Positions 1-10,345 of a DNA stretch of 50,877 nt are shown piece after piece; the first letter of the stretch is position 1, and each line of letters starts with the position of its first letter. The translations under genes were made by a program, and so were the position numbers. Source of the DNA: an uncultured Clostridia bacterium (GTDB taxonomy: Bacteria > Bacillota > Clostridia > TANB77 > CAG-508); NCBI GenBank assembly GCA_934162625.1, contig CAKPJM010000002.1, forward strand, positions 1-50,877. The letters are read 5' to 3'. The notes below the pieces were generated by a model. That model was not told where the DNA came from and searched no databases. It saw only the letters and a program-made list of their open reading frames with translations.

Positions 1-139
1 GATTTTTATAATCCATCCTTCAATATCTTTAAAAGCATCATTTATTTTATTTACTAATTTTGGTGTAAAACCAAAAACAGTTGTTGATAAAATTAATATA
101 ATATATGTAGTCAGAGCTACTGTAAATAAAACTTTTTTC
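1..139 (-). CDS. Partial CDS (N-terminus only; continues beyond window start): small protein with a hydrophobic signal/TM segment (MKKVLFTVALTTYIILILSTTVFGF...)
   Basis: The reverse complement of 137..139 is ATG, preceded by AAGGATGG as an RBS. The frame stays open to position 1. The N-terminus is hydrophobic. Confidence 0.4.
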
Positions 140-191
140 ATAAATACCATCCTTATTAATATATTTAGATTTTTATAAAAAATCTATAAAA

Positions 192-1875
192 TTATTTTTT
201 AAAATATGGAAACATTTTCAATTTTGTAGGAGTTAAAATCTTGTAACCATTAGACAAAAATGAAATAGAAGAAAATGTTTCTAAATTTTGAGTGAAAAAT
301 TTTGTATCATAAACAAAATCATTTTGAATATTAGTAGAAATACTTTCAGAAATGTTAGATTTTTTAGATACTAAAGAATTTGTAAAATAATTAAAATTTG
401 TTTCAGAAGCATTCTCAGATATACTTTTTGAAATTTTTTGTTTATCTTCTTTTCCTATTTGTTTTTGTGCATTTTCTATAGTAAATATATCATCTGTTCT
501 GAGCCATAATTTATTAACTAAATTCTGAACTATTACTTTTACAGTGGATTCATTTTTTAATGAATTTAGTAATGAAGAATAACTTTGAGTAGCAACAATG
601 CTTATGCATTTAGACTCTCTACTTTGAGCAAAAAAATCTGCATCAGATGCATTTACATATTCATGATACTCATCACACATAAATATTGTTGGTAAAACTT
701 CTTTGTCTGAAGAAAGCTGAGACAATATTTCTGTTTGAAAGTCAAGTTTTAAATATGCTGCTATAATTTTTGACAGATTTCTATATTTAGAAATATTCAT
801 GTTTAACACAACAATTTTTTTATTATTTATTACATCTTTAAATCCATTAAAATTAATATCTTTTTTATTAGGACAAAATACTTTAGATATTTCATAATCA
901 GATATGAATGTATTTGTAATTCTACTTATTTCTGATTTTAATATAGAAATTGTTCTAGAGTCTAAATTTTTAAATTCATTTTCAAAAAAGTTAAGAGATG
1001 AATATAGATTAAAAATATCTTTGTGTGATAATTTACCAGTTTGAAATATAAATCTCAAATTCTCTATTTTACTTTTATAATAATCATCATAATTTATTAA
1101 ATTATGTAGTTCAGTAAAAGTGACGTAATTATTGTTATATAATCGACATAGTTTAATTGCCTCTGTTAATATTTCTTGTGCTTTATCTAACCAGTAAGAT
1201 TCAGAATTGTTAGTAGAAAAAAGTTCTAAAATGGTTTTTAATCTATTTGCCAAAACGGAGGCATTAAGTTGGGGTTTATCTAAAGGGTTATATCGAGTAT
1301 TAGAATTAAGTTCTATAACAATTACATCAGAAATTCTGTTATAAGTTTTTGAATACTCTAGAACTTGTTTATAGAAATTACCTTTTACATCTAAAATTAA
1401 CATTCCAAATTTGGGAGAGGTAGATTGTAATAATTGGTTTAATAATGGATACATTACAGAAGCGGTTTTACCGAGAGCCAATAGTCCCTGTAACAAGAAT
1501 ATTTTGATATAGGCCTTTTTCAGGAATATAAACTTTTTCATTTTTGTTATTTGAACCAATTAGTAGATCAAAATTAGTATTGTAATTAGATAAATTTAAT
1601 AAATGTGGCTTTTTTTGCTTCTTTTGTTTTTTTACAAATATAAAACTTTGCAAAGAAAAAACTGATAAATATATTGCAATAAAACATGTTATACAATAAA
1701 GGTTTTTTATATAATTCCAAACTGTAGGGTATTCTAATGCAATGTCAAACTTACTTAAGGAATATGGAAAAATTAAAGACTTAGCAGTAAAAATTGGATA
1801 AAATATAATAATAACTATAAAAAACAATATTGTAGAAAAAACAAAAGGTAATAAAAATTTTTTGATAAATTTCAA
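192..1875 (-). CDS. VirD4/TraG-family type IV coupling protein-like P-loop ATPase, interrupted in the Walker A by a 1-nt insertion (plus-strand G at ~1473, i.e. coding-strand C before GGT)
   Basis: ORFs 1468..1875 (two N-terminal TM helices ending ...NILVTGTIGS) and 192..1559 (GKTASVMYPLL...) overlap in different frames. Removing one base restores GTIGSGKT. Downstream motifs MCDEYHEY (Walker B) and FAQSRESKCISIVATQS are present. TTG start with AGGAGG RBS. Confidence 0.6.
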
Positions 1876-2212
1876 GAAAACCTCCTATAAGTCAAATGAA
1901 TCTTTTTTTACTTTTAATTTAAGACCTTGCAAATTATGGAAAACTATAATATTAACAAGAGAATAAATTGAATAAAGAACAATAAAAAGATTAATAATAA
2001 AAGAAATAAAAAAAGTATGAATTAAAATAATAAAACACTCCTTTCCATTTTTTACCATAATAATACATTATTTTAAATTTGTCTATACTTTTTTTAAAAA
2101 ATATGATAAAATTTTTTGGTAATAATGGACATAACTTTGTTTACCAAACTAAAATGAAGAGTAGAAAATTAAAAATACAAAGACTCTTCGAGGTTTTGAA
2201 GGAGGAAAAATT

Positions 2213-2395
2213 ATGATAGAAAAAACAACAAAAATTGGAGAATTATTAAAAATAGCACCAGAAAAAGCAAATATTTTACTAGAGGCAGGAATGCATTGCT
2301 TAGGATGTCCAGCATCTCAAGAAGAAACAATAGAAGAAGCTTGCCAAGTGCATGGAATAGATGTAGATGAATTGATAGAAAAGATAAATTCATAA
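2213..2395 (+). CDS. DUF1858-type small redox/disulfide protein (hybrid-cluster-protein-associated domain)
   Basis: 60-aa ORF with GMHCLGCPAS motif. GAAGGAGGAAAAATT RBS. Confidence 0.6.
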   Translation: MIEKTTKIGELLKIAPEKANILLEAGMHCLGCPASQEETIEEACQVHGIDVDELIEKINS

Positions 2396-2514
2396 AAATA
2401 ACAAAAAAATTGATAAAATTTTAAAAAAAGATTGACAAATGCAAAAAAATATTGTAAGATATTTAAGCAACTGTGAGGAACGCAGTTGCTTAAATAATTC
2501 TTTTTTTGAATTAT

Positions 2515-2590
2515 GGGCTATTAGCTCAGGTGGTAGAGCACTTGACTTTTAATCAAGTTGTCCCGCGTTCGAGTCGCGGATAGCTCACCA
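2515..2590 (+). tRNA. tRNA-Lys (anticodon TTT)
   Basis: Cloverleaf GGGCTATTAGCTCAGGTGGTAGAGC... with anticodon loop CTTTTAA and a 3' CCA. Confidence 0.85.
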
Positions 2591-2624
2591 AAACAAATAC
2601 TAATTTATAAATTAGTATTTGTTT
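2591..2624. repeat. Perfect 34-bp palindrome between tRNA-Lys and tRNA-Glu (AAACAAATACTAATTTATAAATTAGTATTTGTTT)
   Basis: Exact inverted repeat. Likely an inter-tRNA processing structure or terminator-like hairpin. Confidence 0.6.
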
Positions 2625-2630
2625 ATTTAA

Positions 2631-2705
2631 GGCCCGTTGGTCAAGCGGTTAAGACATCGCCCTTTCACGGCGGAGACATGGGTTCGATTCCCGTACGGGT
2701 CACCA
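2631..2705 (+). tRNA. tRNA-Glu (anticodon TTC)
   Basis: GGCCCGTTGGTCAAGCGGTTAAGAC... with anticodon loop CTTTCAC, T-arm GGTTCGATTCC and a 3' CCA. Confidence 0.85.
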
Positions 2706-2714
2706 ACAAAATAT

Positions 2715-2790
<76 letters not shown>

Positions 2791-2990
2791 TTTTAATTAA
2801 AGCAGAACGTTATTTTAATGGTCTGTTTTAATTTTGACTTTAATATTGCTAAAATGACAAACACAAAAGAGGGAAAATATGATCTGTTTAAATTGCAAAA
2901 AGTAGTTCCTTGACAAGTACATATAAAGGTGCTAATCTAAATAATGGAAGAAAATCAAGAAAAAAATATAGCTAAAATAAGGAGGAAACC

Positions 2991-3716
2991 ATGAAAACAG
3001 TATTGGTAACAGGTGGCTCAAGAGGAATAGGAAAATGTATTGCGGAAAATTTAGCGAAAGATGGGTATAATGTAGTATTAAATTATAATAAATCGGTGAA
3101 GGAAGCAAAAAAAATAAAAGAAGAATTAGAAAATCAAGGGATAAAAATAGAAATATTTAAAGCAGATGTATCCAAAAGAGAGGATGTAAAAAAACTTATT
3201 AAATTTACAATAGATAAATTTAATAATATAGATGTATTGATAAACAATGCAGGAATTGCTAAGTTACAAATGTTTAATGATATTACAGATGAAGATTGGA
3301 ATGAAATGCTAAGTACAAATTTGAATTCGGCATTTTTTACAATACAAGAAGCTTTACCTAATATGATACACAATAAAAATGGGTGTATTATAAATATTTC
3401 TTCGATATGGGGAATAGTAGGAGCATCATGTGAAGTTGCATATTCAGTATCTAAAGCAGGAATAAATGGATTAACTAAAGCTCTTGCAAAAGAATTGGGG
3501 TTATCAAATATAAGAGTAAATGCAATTGCACCAGGAGTGATAGATACGGATATGAATAGCAATATAGACAATGCTATAAAAGAACAAATAAAGGAAGAAA
3601 CACCATTAAATAGAATTGGTAAACCGATAGATATATATAGATGTGTTAAATGGCTTATTGAAGACGAATTTACTACTGGTCAAATAATTTCTCCTAATGG
3701 AGGATACGTAATTTAA
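2991..3716 (+). CDS. Short-chain dehydrogenase/reductase, 3-oxoacyl-ACP reductase (FabG)-like
   Basis: TGGSRGIG Rossmann motif, NNAG, and a YSVSKAG catalytic YxxxK. AAGGAGGAAACC RBS. 241 aa. Confidence 0.8.
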   Translation: MKTVLVTGGSRGIGKCIAENLAKDGYNVVLNYNKSVKEAKKIKEELENQGIKIEIFKADVSKREDVKKLIKFTIDKFNNIDVLINNAGIAKLQMFNDITDEDWNEMLSTNLNSAFFTIQEALPNMIHNKNGCIINISSIWGIVGASCEVAYSVSKAGINGLTKALAKELGLSNIRVNAIAPGVIDTDMNSNIDNAIKEQIKEETPLNRIGKPIDIYRCVKWLIEDEFTTGQIISPNGGYVI

Positions 3717-3717
3717 A

Positions 3718-3746
3718 AAAGAAGTGGTTTTGCACCACTTCTTTAA
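3718..3746. terminator. Bidirectional rho-independent terminator (AGAAGTGGT-TTTGC-ACCACTTCT)
   Basis: 9-bp perfect stem flanked by A/T runs, located between convergent genes. Confidence 0.7.
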
Positions 3747-4210
3747 TCATTATTAGTTATTTTTTTCTTATAATTTCCAGAAATTAATTTTGGAACATAA
3801 GTAATAATTTTATATATTGCTAATCTAATTTTTTTACTCCATAAATAACTTTTTCTTAATTTGTTAGGCCTATCTAAAGATGAATTTATCTCTGAAATTA
3901 TTAAATCTGTACTTTGAGATTCTAAAGGGAACACATAATTTTCGAAATTATTATTATCCCATTCATTTTTTTCATTTCTAAAACAGAAATTAAAAGAATC
4001 ACTATCTATAAGAGCTATTTCTGCTTGAAAGCCAAGTTCTGTTCTTTCCATTTTTACTTCTGATAGGTTATCCCAGTAAGTACCAAATCCATAGTGTATA
4101 TAAACTTCTTCAGAGTTATTTTCAAAAAAAGTTCCTGTATAAGAGATTTTTACAGTACTATTTTTTAGTAATTTATCAGTATTAAAAAATATATTTTTTA
4201 CAAGCTCCAT
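3743..4210 (-). CDS. Hypothetical protein (155 aa)
   Basis: ORF with an AGAGGAGAG RBS. No recognisable motif. Confidence 0.5.
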   Translation of the reverse strand: MELVKNIFFNTDKLLKNSTVKISYTGTFFENNSEEVYIHYGFGTYWDNLSEVKMERTELGFQAEIALIDSDSFNFCFRNEKNEWDNNNFENYVFPLESQSTDLIISEINSSLDRPNKLRKSYLWSKKIRLAIYKIITYVPKLISGNYKKKITNND

Positions 4211-4302
4211 TTTACTCTCCTCTTAATATTTATCTTTAGTAGAAACATTATATTATTAAAAAATATAATATTCAAGTATTTTTTACAAAAAACATTTAAA
4301 AA

Positions 4303-4875
4303 TTATTTAATATTTAAAATTTTACCAATTATATAAAAATTAGCTGAATTAGTTACATCTAAATCATCTATTTCTTTATTGTCTGCTCGTAATAAAAGTT
4401 TACCTTTTCTGTTAATAAATCTACGAATAAGTATTTCACCATCAACACTAAATATACCAACTTCCTTGCTATTTAAAAGAGAATTAAATTCTACAAAAGC
4501 ATAAGTTCCCTTTTTTAAAGAAGGTTCCATACTAGTGTCATTTACTTTGACTGCCATAGAAGCACTTGGGATAGCAGAAGGGCAATCTATAAAGCTATCT
4601 AATTTATTTACAGCAGGAACTTTATTGTAAGATATATGATTAATAAGTTCATAAGTTTCTTGTTCTTCGCTAATTTGTTTATCATATGTATACATTAATT
4701 GTTGGTAAGGTATATCTAAAGCTTTACATATGTTCTTTAAAGCCTTATGACTAGGATTTCTTTCACCTTTTTCAATATGTGTTAAATGACCTATATTTAT
4801 ATCTGTAAGTCTTGCAAGCTCCGTTTTAGTCATTCCTTTTTCTTTTCTAACTTTTGCAATCATATCACCGATCAT
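4303..4875 (-). CDS. cI/LexA-like repressor: N-terminal XRE-family HTH fused to a C-terminal S24 peptidase domain
   Basis: HTH KGMTKTELARLTDINIGHLTHIEKGERNPS, and a C-terminal S24-like segment with SMEPSL...K. Start chosen at MIGDM, preceded by AAAGGAGTG. Confidence 0.75.
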   Translation of the reverse strand: MIGDMIAKVRKEKGMTKTELARLTDINIGHLTHIEKGERNPSHKALKNICKALDIPYQQLMYTYDKQISEEQETYELINHISYNKVPAVNKLDSFIDCPSAIPSASMAVKVNDTSMEPSLKKGTYAFVEFNSLLNSKEVGIFSVDGEILIRRFINRKGKLLLRADNKEIDDLDVTNSANFYIIGKILNIK

Positions 4876-4978
4876 AATATGCACTCCTTTATTTTACAAA
4901 ATCTAAGCATATTATATAGAATAAAATGTAATTTGTCTACTAGTAAATTATAAAAATGTAAAAATTTAGCAAAAAAAC

Positions 4979-5008
4979 TTGACTTGTCAAAAAGGTATAT
5001 GTTAATAT
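4979..5008 (+). promoter_or_regulatory. Sigma-A-type promoter for the cro-like gene, with a palindromic operator TTGACTTGTCAA overlapping the -35
   Basis: TTGACT, 17 bp, TTAATAT. A 12-bp perfect palindrome at 4979..4990 lies in the divergent cI/cro intergenic region. Confidence 0.5.
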
Positions 5009-5042
5009 ATTGTTAAATAGACAATAAAGGAGGGCTAAAATT

Positions 5043-5237
5043 ATGAATAACAAGATAAAAGTAATAAGAAAAGAAAAAGGAATGACTCTATATGAATTGG
5101 CGAAGTTATCAGACATTTCAACAGGGTATTTATGTCATTTAGAAATAGGGACAAGAAAAAATCCATCCTTTGAGGTGATGGAAAAAATTGCAAAAGCATT
5201 AAACAAACCTATAAATGAAGTGTTTTTTATACAATAG
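5043..5237 (+). CDS. Small XRE-family HTH protein (Cro-like), divergent from the S24 repressor
   Basis: KGMTLYELAKLSDISTGYLCHLEIGTRKNPS. 64 aa. Confidence 0.75.
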   Translation: MNNKIKVIRKEKGMTLYELAKLSDISTGYLCHLEIGTRKNPSFEVMEKIAKALNKPINEVFFIQ

Positions 5238-5368
5238 TAATATATAACCAAAAGCTGGCGTAAAATTAATAAAAAGAAAAAGAATTAATAATGAAAAAAT
5301 ATTGTAAAAGAATAATAGTTATGCTAATATAAAATAGAAAAATATTATTTTATGTCAGGAGAAGGAAT

Positions 5369-7264
5369 ATGGAAGTCAACGAAAAAAAAGATGAAAAACA
5401 AAAGAAAGACAATGGAATAAAAGAAGTAGTAGATAAAGAAAAAAATATAGAATTAAATGAAAAAAAAGTGGAGACAAAAATAGAAAAAAATGAAAAAAAA
5501 GAAATAGAAAACATAGAAGAAACAAAAACTAAAGAGAGCAAAAAAGAAAAGATAAAAAATAAAAAAAATAAAATAATAATTATATCTGTAGTATCTACAA
5601 TTATTTTATTAATAGCCATATTTCTTTGCTCAATTTTTGCTTTATTAAATATGAATAATAATAGAATAATAAGAGGAGTAATAATAAATCGAATAAATGT
5701 AGAAAATTTAACAAAAGAAGAGGCATTAGAAAAAATAGAGGAAGAAGTTAACAAAAATTTAGATAAAGATATTAATGTGAAATACAACGACTTTGAATAT
5801 TCAATAAAACTAGCCCAAATCGAAGTAAAGTATAAAATTGAGGAAACAGTAGAAAAAGCATTTAACACTGGAAGAAGCAATAATATATTTGTAGATAATT
5901 ATACAATTTTAAAGACGAGGTTTAAAAAAGAAAATTTAGATTTAGAATATGAGTACAATGAAAAATTACTTGATGAAATAATTGATGATATTACAGTAAA
6001 AATTCCAGGAGCAGTGGTTGAACCAAGCTATTATATAGAAAATGAAAAATTATATATTTCAAAAGGAACAAAAGGAAATACTATAGAAAAAGAAGTCTTA
6101 AAAAGAGAAATCCTTGAGAGAATAGAGAAAGAAAAAAACGAAGATATAATTTTAGAAATATATGAAGTAGAGCCAAGCAATATAGATATAGAAAAAATAT
6201 ATAATGAAGTGCATACGGAACCTAAAGATGCTTATTATACAAAGGATCCATTTGAAATATTTCCACATGTGAATGGCATAAATTTTGATAAAGAAGCAGC
6301 AAAAGCAATTCTTGAACAGGATAAAGAGGAATATGAAATTCCATTAATAATAACGACTCCAAAAATAACTACAAATAAAATAGGAACAGAAGCATTTCCA
6401 GATATGCTTTCTACATTTAGCACAAGGTATGATGCAAGTAATACTCCGAGAACAACAAATTTAAAGTTAGCTATGCAAAAATTAAATGGAGTAGTAGTAA
6501 GCCCGGGTGAGACTTTTTCTTATAATAAAACATTAGGAAAAAGAACAGCAGAAGCTGGTTACAAAGAGGCCGGGGGATTTGCAGGAGGAAAAGTTGTTCA
6601 AACTCTTGCAGGAGGAATATGCCAAATATCTTCTACATTATATGATGCTGTAGTTTATGCAAATTTAGATATTGTAGAAAGACATAACCATATGTTTTTA
6701 GCGGGATATGTAGGTGCGGGAAAAGATGCAACTGTAGTTTATGGAACATATGATTTTAAATTTAAAAACACAAGAAAATATCCAATTATGATAAAAACAT
6801 CAATAGGAAGCGGAGTTGCACAAATTAGTATCTATGGAATAAAAGAAGAAGTTGAATATGAAGTTGAGATATCTAGCAAAATATTAAGTTATATTCCATA
6901 TAATGTTGTTTATGAAACAGATAATAGTTTAGCAAGCGGAAAAGAAAAAGTTGCTCAAAATGGAATGAATGGTTGCAAAAGTATAACATATAAAATCTTA
7001 AAATTAAATGGAGCGCAAGTGTCAAGCACGGTACTATCTACAGATACATATGATCCTATGAACAAAATAATAAAAAGAGGACCTTCTAAAACAACTGAAA
7101 CAAGTACTGTACCTAAAGAAGAAACTACTAAAACAGAGCCAGAACCAACTCCAAAGAAAGAACCAGAACCAATTTCAGAGCCGGAGCCAGAACCAACGCC
7201 AACTCCGTCCCAAACAGAAAAGGAAACCAACACAATAACAAATAATACAGCGGAAGGAATATAA
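5369..7264 (+). CDS. VanW-family protein with an N-terminal Lys/Glu-rich segment, one TM helix, a G5-like region and a C-terminal Pro/Glu/Thr-rich tail
   Basis: VanW core: GVVVSPGETFSYNKTLGKRTAEAGYKEAGGFAGGKVVQTLAGGICQISSTLYDA. The EPEP TP repeats at 7130..7215 are low complexity. Confidence 0.8.
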   Translation: MEVNEKKDEKQKKDNGIKEVVDKEKNIELNEKKVETKIEKNEKKEIENIEETKTKESKKEKIKNKKNKIIIISVVSTIILLIAIFLCSIFALLNMNNNRIIRGVIINRINVENLTKEEALEKIEEEVNKNLDKDINVKYNDFEYSIKLAQIEVKYKIEETVEKAFNTGRSNNIFVDNYTILKTRFKKENLDLEYEYNEKLLDEIIDDITVKIPGAVVEPSYYIENEKLYISKGTKGNTIEKEVLKREILERIEKEKNEDIILEIYEVEPSNIDIEKIYNEVHTEPKDAYYTKDPFEIFPHVNGINFDKEAAKAILEQDKEEYEIPLIITTPKITTNKIGTEAFPDMLSTFSTRYDASNTPRTTNLKLAMQKLNGVVVSPGETFSYNKTLGKRTAEAGYKEAGGFAGGKVVQTLAGGICQISSTLYDAVVYANLDIVERHNHMFLAGYVGAGKDATVVYGTYDFKFKNTRKYPIMIKTSIGSGVAQISIYGIKEEVEYEVEISSKILSYIPYNVVYETDNSLASGKEKVAQNGMNGCKSITYKILKLNGAQVSSTVLSTDTYDPMNKIIKRGPSKTTETSTVPKEETTKTEPEPTPKKEPEPISEPEPEPTPTPSQTEKETNTITNNTAEGI

Positions 7265-7269
7265 AAATA

Positions 7270-7302
7270 ATAAATGGGAGGGGAAACAGTAAATCCTTCC
7301 CA
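7270..7302 (+). terminator. Rho-independent terminator after the vanW-like gene
   Basis: AATGGGAGGGGAAACAGTAAATCCTTCCCATTT hairpin. Confidence 0.55.
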
Positions 7303-7371
7303 TTTAAAATTTAAGAGCTTTATTTATTGACAAAGATAAAATTTAGTATTATAATACAACCATTGAAATAA

Positions 7372-7447
7372 GCACCATTAGCTCAGTTGGTAGAGCAACT
7401 GACTCTTAATCAGTGGGTCCAGAGTTCGAGTCTCTGATGGTGCACCA
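7372..7447 (+). tRNA. tRNA-Lys (anticodon CTT)
   Basis: GCACCATTAGCTCAGTTGGTAGAGC... with anticodon loop CTCTTAA, T-arm GGTCCAGAGTTCGAGTCTCTG and a 3' CCA. Confidence 0.85.
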
Positions 7448-7483
7448 AAAAAGAAACCATATATCTTTATGTGGTTTCTTTTT
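7447..7483. terminator. Terminator hairpin after tRNA-Lys(CTT) (AAGAAACCATATATCTTTATGTGGTTTCTT)
   Basis: 10-bp stem with a T-run. Confidence 0.7.
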
Positions 7484-7652
7484 CTAAGTTATTTAAATAA
7501 AATTCCCAAGAATCTAAATCATTTTTTTGTTCAAAAAAATCAAATAAAATTTTTCTTTCTGTTTTATATTTTTCACATTCTTTTTTTGTTTTTTCTAAAA
7601 AAATTATAGTTTTTTTCTCTAATAATTCAACTCTTTTATCCATAGTAATCAC
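7467..7652 (-). CDS. Small hypothetical protein (61 aa)
   Basis: ORF only. It overlaps the terminator hairpin. Confidence 0.3.
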   Translation of the reverse strand: MITMDKRVELLEKKTIIFLEKTKKECEKYKTERKILFDFFEQKNDLDSWEFYLNNLEKETT

Positions 7653-7808
7653 CTTCTATAAATATATCATAACATAGGAATTATATAAATTATGTCGAAA
7701 TATGTAAAAAATAAAGAAAAAATAAAAAACTACACAAAGGAATAAAAATATGATATAATATTAAATGCTTGTGCATTAAAATTATATAAATTAAAAGGGG
7801 TGAGGTTT

Positions 7809-8750
7809 ATGTTAAACATTTATAATACGGACTTAAAAACGAATAAATTTGAAAAAATAAAAGAGTTTAGACCAGGGTCCTGGATTAGTTTAGTAAACCC
7901 ATCTGAGGAAGAAATAAAAGAGGTTTGCTCAAATTTAAAAATAGAAGATGAATTTATAAAATATCCACTAGATTACGAAGAGCAAGCCAGAATCGATATG
8001 GAAGATGACATGACTTTGTTTGTAATAGATGTTCCAATAATCGAAGATAATAAAGAAGAAAAAGTTTATACAACAATGCCGTTAGGATTAATTGTAGTAA
8101 GAGACGAATTTTTTATTACAGTATCATTAAAAAAGAACAGAATAATAGACAACTTTGAAAAAGGTAGAATAAAAGGCATGTACACATACAAGAAAACAAG
8201 ATTTGTATTACAAATATTATATTTAAATGCGTCATACTATTTGACAGACCTTAAAAGAATAAACAAAAGTGCAGAAAATACAGTAGGTGTATTAAAAAGA
8301 ACAATGAAAAATGAAGAGTTAATACAATTACTAAACTTAGAAAACAGTTTAGTTTATATAACAACATCATTAAAAGCAAATGAATTAGTTATGGAGAAAA
8401 CTGCAAGAGGAAAAATATTAAAATCATATGAAGAAGATGATGAAATACTGGAAGATGCAATAATAGAAAATAGACAGGCTATAGAAATGGGAAAAATATA
8501 TAGTGACATTTTAAACACAACAATGGATGCTTCTGCATCTATAATTTCTAATAATTTGAATATAGTCATGAAGTTTTTAACAGCAATAACAATTGTGCTT
8601 TCGATACCAACATTGATAGCAAGCATATATGGAATGAATGTACCTTTACCATTTGCAACAAGCCCACATGGGTTTGCAATAGTAATAGGAATATCGTTAT
8701 TAATATCTTTTGGGACAGTTATATGGCTTAAAAAAAGAGATATGTTATAG
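7809..8750 (+). CDS. corA: CorA-family Mg2+/Co2+ transporter
   Basis: YGMNVPLPF (GMN motif) followed by two C-terminal TM helices. ATG at 7809 preceded by AAAGGGGTGAGG. Confidence 0.85.
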   Translation: MLNIYNTDLKTNKFEKIKEFRPGSWISLVNPSEEEIKEVCSNLKIEDEFIKYPLDYEEQARIDMEDDMTLFVIDVPIIEDNKEEKVYTTMPLGLIVVRDEFFITVSLKKNRIIDNFEKGRIKGMYTYKKTRFVLQILYLNASYYLTDLKRINKSAENTVGVLKRTMKNEELIQLLNLENSLVYITTSLKANELVMEKTARGKILKSYEEDDEILEDAIIENRQAIEMGKIYSDILNTTMDASASIISNNLNIVMKFLTAITIVLSIPTLIASIYGMNVPLPFATSPHGFAIVIGISLLISFGTVIWLKKRDML

Positions 8751-8760
8751 GAGGAAAAAA

Positions 8761-10341
8761 ATGTTAAATGCAGTAGGAGTAACCGTAAGATTTGGAAAAA
8801 GAGTATTGTTTGAAGATGTAAATATTAAATTTACAAAAGGAAATTGCTATGGCTTAATAGGAGCTAATGGTGCTGGAAAATCTACATTTTTAAAAGTACT
8901 ATCTGGAGAACTAGAACCAAGTAAAGGAGATGTTTCTATAGATAAAGGAGAGCGTCTATCTACTTTAAAACAAGATCACTTTGCTTATGAAGAGAATACT
9001 GTAATGGATACAGTTATAATGGGAAATAATGAACTTTATAGTATAATGAAAGAAAAAGAAGAAATATATGCAAAACCAGATTTTTCAGAAGAGGATGGAT
9101 TAAAGGCAGCAAAGCTAGAAGAAAGATTTGGAGAATTAGATGGATGGAATGCAGAATCAGATGCTGCTACACTACTTAACAACTTAGGAATTCCAGCAAG
9201 TATGCATTATAAATTAATGAAAGAAATAGAAGCAAAAGATAAAGTAAAAGTGCTATTAGCACAAAGCTTATTTGGAAATCCAGATGTTTTATTATTAGAT
9301 GAGCCAACAAACGACTTAGACTTAAAAAGTATAAATTGGTTACAAGATTTTTTAATAGATTTTGAAAATACTGTTATAGTTGTGTCACATGATAGATACT
9401 TTTTAAACAAAGTTTGTACACACATAGCAGATGTTGACTTTGGAAAAATTAAAGTTTACCCAGGAAACTATGACTTTTGGTATGAGTCAAGCCAATTAGC
9501 ATTAAAACAAGCAAGAGAACAAAATAAAAAGAAAGAAGAAAAAATAAAAGAGTTACAAGACTTTATAGCAAGGTTTAGTGCAAATGCTTCAAAATCTAAA
9601 CAAGCAACTTCAAGAAAAAAATCTTTGGAAAAAATACAATTAGAAGAAATAAAAGCATCAAACAGAAAATATCCATATATTGATTTCAAACCAGATAGAG
9701 AACCAGGAAAAGAAATACTTACAGTAAAAAATTTATGCAAAAGTGTAAACGGAGAAGAAGTGTTAAAAAATATATCTTTTTCAGTAAAAGCAGATAATAA
9801 AATTGCAGTTTTATCTGATAATGAATTAGCTACAACATTATTATTCCAAATAATTGCAGGTGAGATAGAACCAGATAGTGGAGAAGTTATATGGGGACAA
9901 ACCATAACAAAAGACTACTTCCCAAAAGATAATTCATATTTATTTGAAAGAGATGAAATATTAGTAGACTGGCTTAGAAAATATTCTAAAGACCCAGATG
10001 AAACATATGTAAGAGGCTTTTTAGGAAGAATGCTATTCTCAGGCGACGAAGCATTGAAAAATGTAAAAGTTTTATCAGGTGGTGAAAAAGTAAGATGTGT
10101 ATTATCTAAGTTAATGCTTTCTGGTGCAAACTTTTTAATCTTTGATGAACCTACAAACCATTTAGATATGGAAAGTATTACAGCTTTAAACGAAGGAATG
10201 AAAAAATTTAAAGGCAACTTATTATTTACATCTCATGACCACCAATTAACACAAACGGTTGCTGATAGAATAATAGACTTAAGAAAAGAAAAAATAATAG
10301 ACAGAGAATGCACATACAATGAATATCTAGGAATTGAATAA
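8761..10341 (+). CDS. ABC-F family ATPase (tandem NBDs, no TMD) with an apparently degenerate second ATP site
   Basis: NBD1 Walker A GANGAGKST; Walker B LLLDEPTNDLD and FLIFDEPTNHLD; NBD2 signature LSGGEKVR. AGGAGGAAAAAA RBS. Confidence 0.85.
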   Translation: MLNAVGVTVRFGKRVLFEDVNIKFTKGNCYGLIGANGAGKSTFLKVLSGELEPSKGDVSIDKGERLSTLKQDHFAYEENTVMDTVIMGNNELYSIMKEKEEIYAKPDFSEEDGLKAAKLEERFGELDGWNAESDAATLLNNLGIPASMHYKLMKEIEAKDKVKVLLAQSLFGNPDVLLLDEPTNDLDLKSINWLQDFLIDFENTVIVVSHDRYFLNKVCTHIADVDFGKIKVYPGNYDFWYESSQLALKQAREQNKKKEEKIKELQDFIARFSANASKSKQATSRKKSLEKIQLEEIKASNRKYPYIDFKPDREPGKEILTVKNLCKSVNGEEVLKNISFSVKADNKIAVLSDNELATTLLFQIIAGEIEPDSGEVIWGQTITKDYFPKDNSYLFERDEILVDWLRKYSKDPDETYVRGFLGRMLFSGDEALKNVKVLSGGEKVRCVLSKLMLSGANFLIFDEPTNHLDMESITALNEGMKKFKGNLLFTSHDHQLTQTVADRIIDLRKEKIIDRECTYNEYLGIE

Positions 10342-10345
10342 AAAA

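Noticed and set aside
5350-5880. 176-aa antisense ORF inside the vanW-like gene, and similar antisense ORFs (3134..3571, 9468..9905, 15720..16142, 38030..38590, 41413..41988)
   Set aside because: They are low-complexity and hydrophobic, as expected for the reverse strand of an AT-rich or repeat-rich coding sequence. Each overlaps a well-supported gene.
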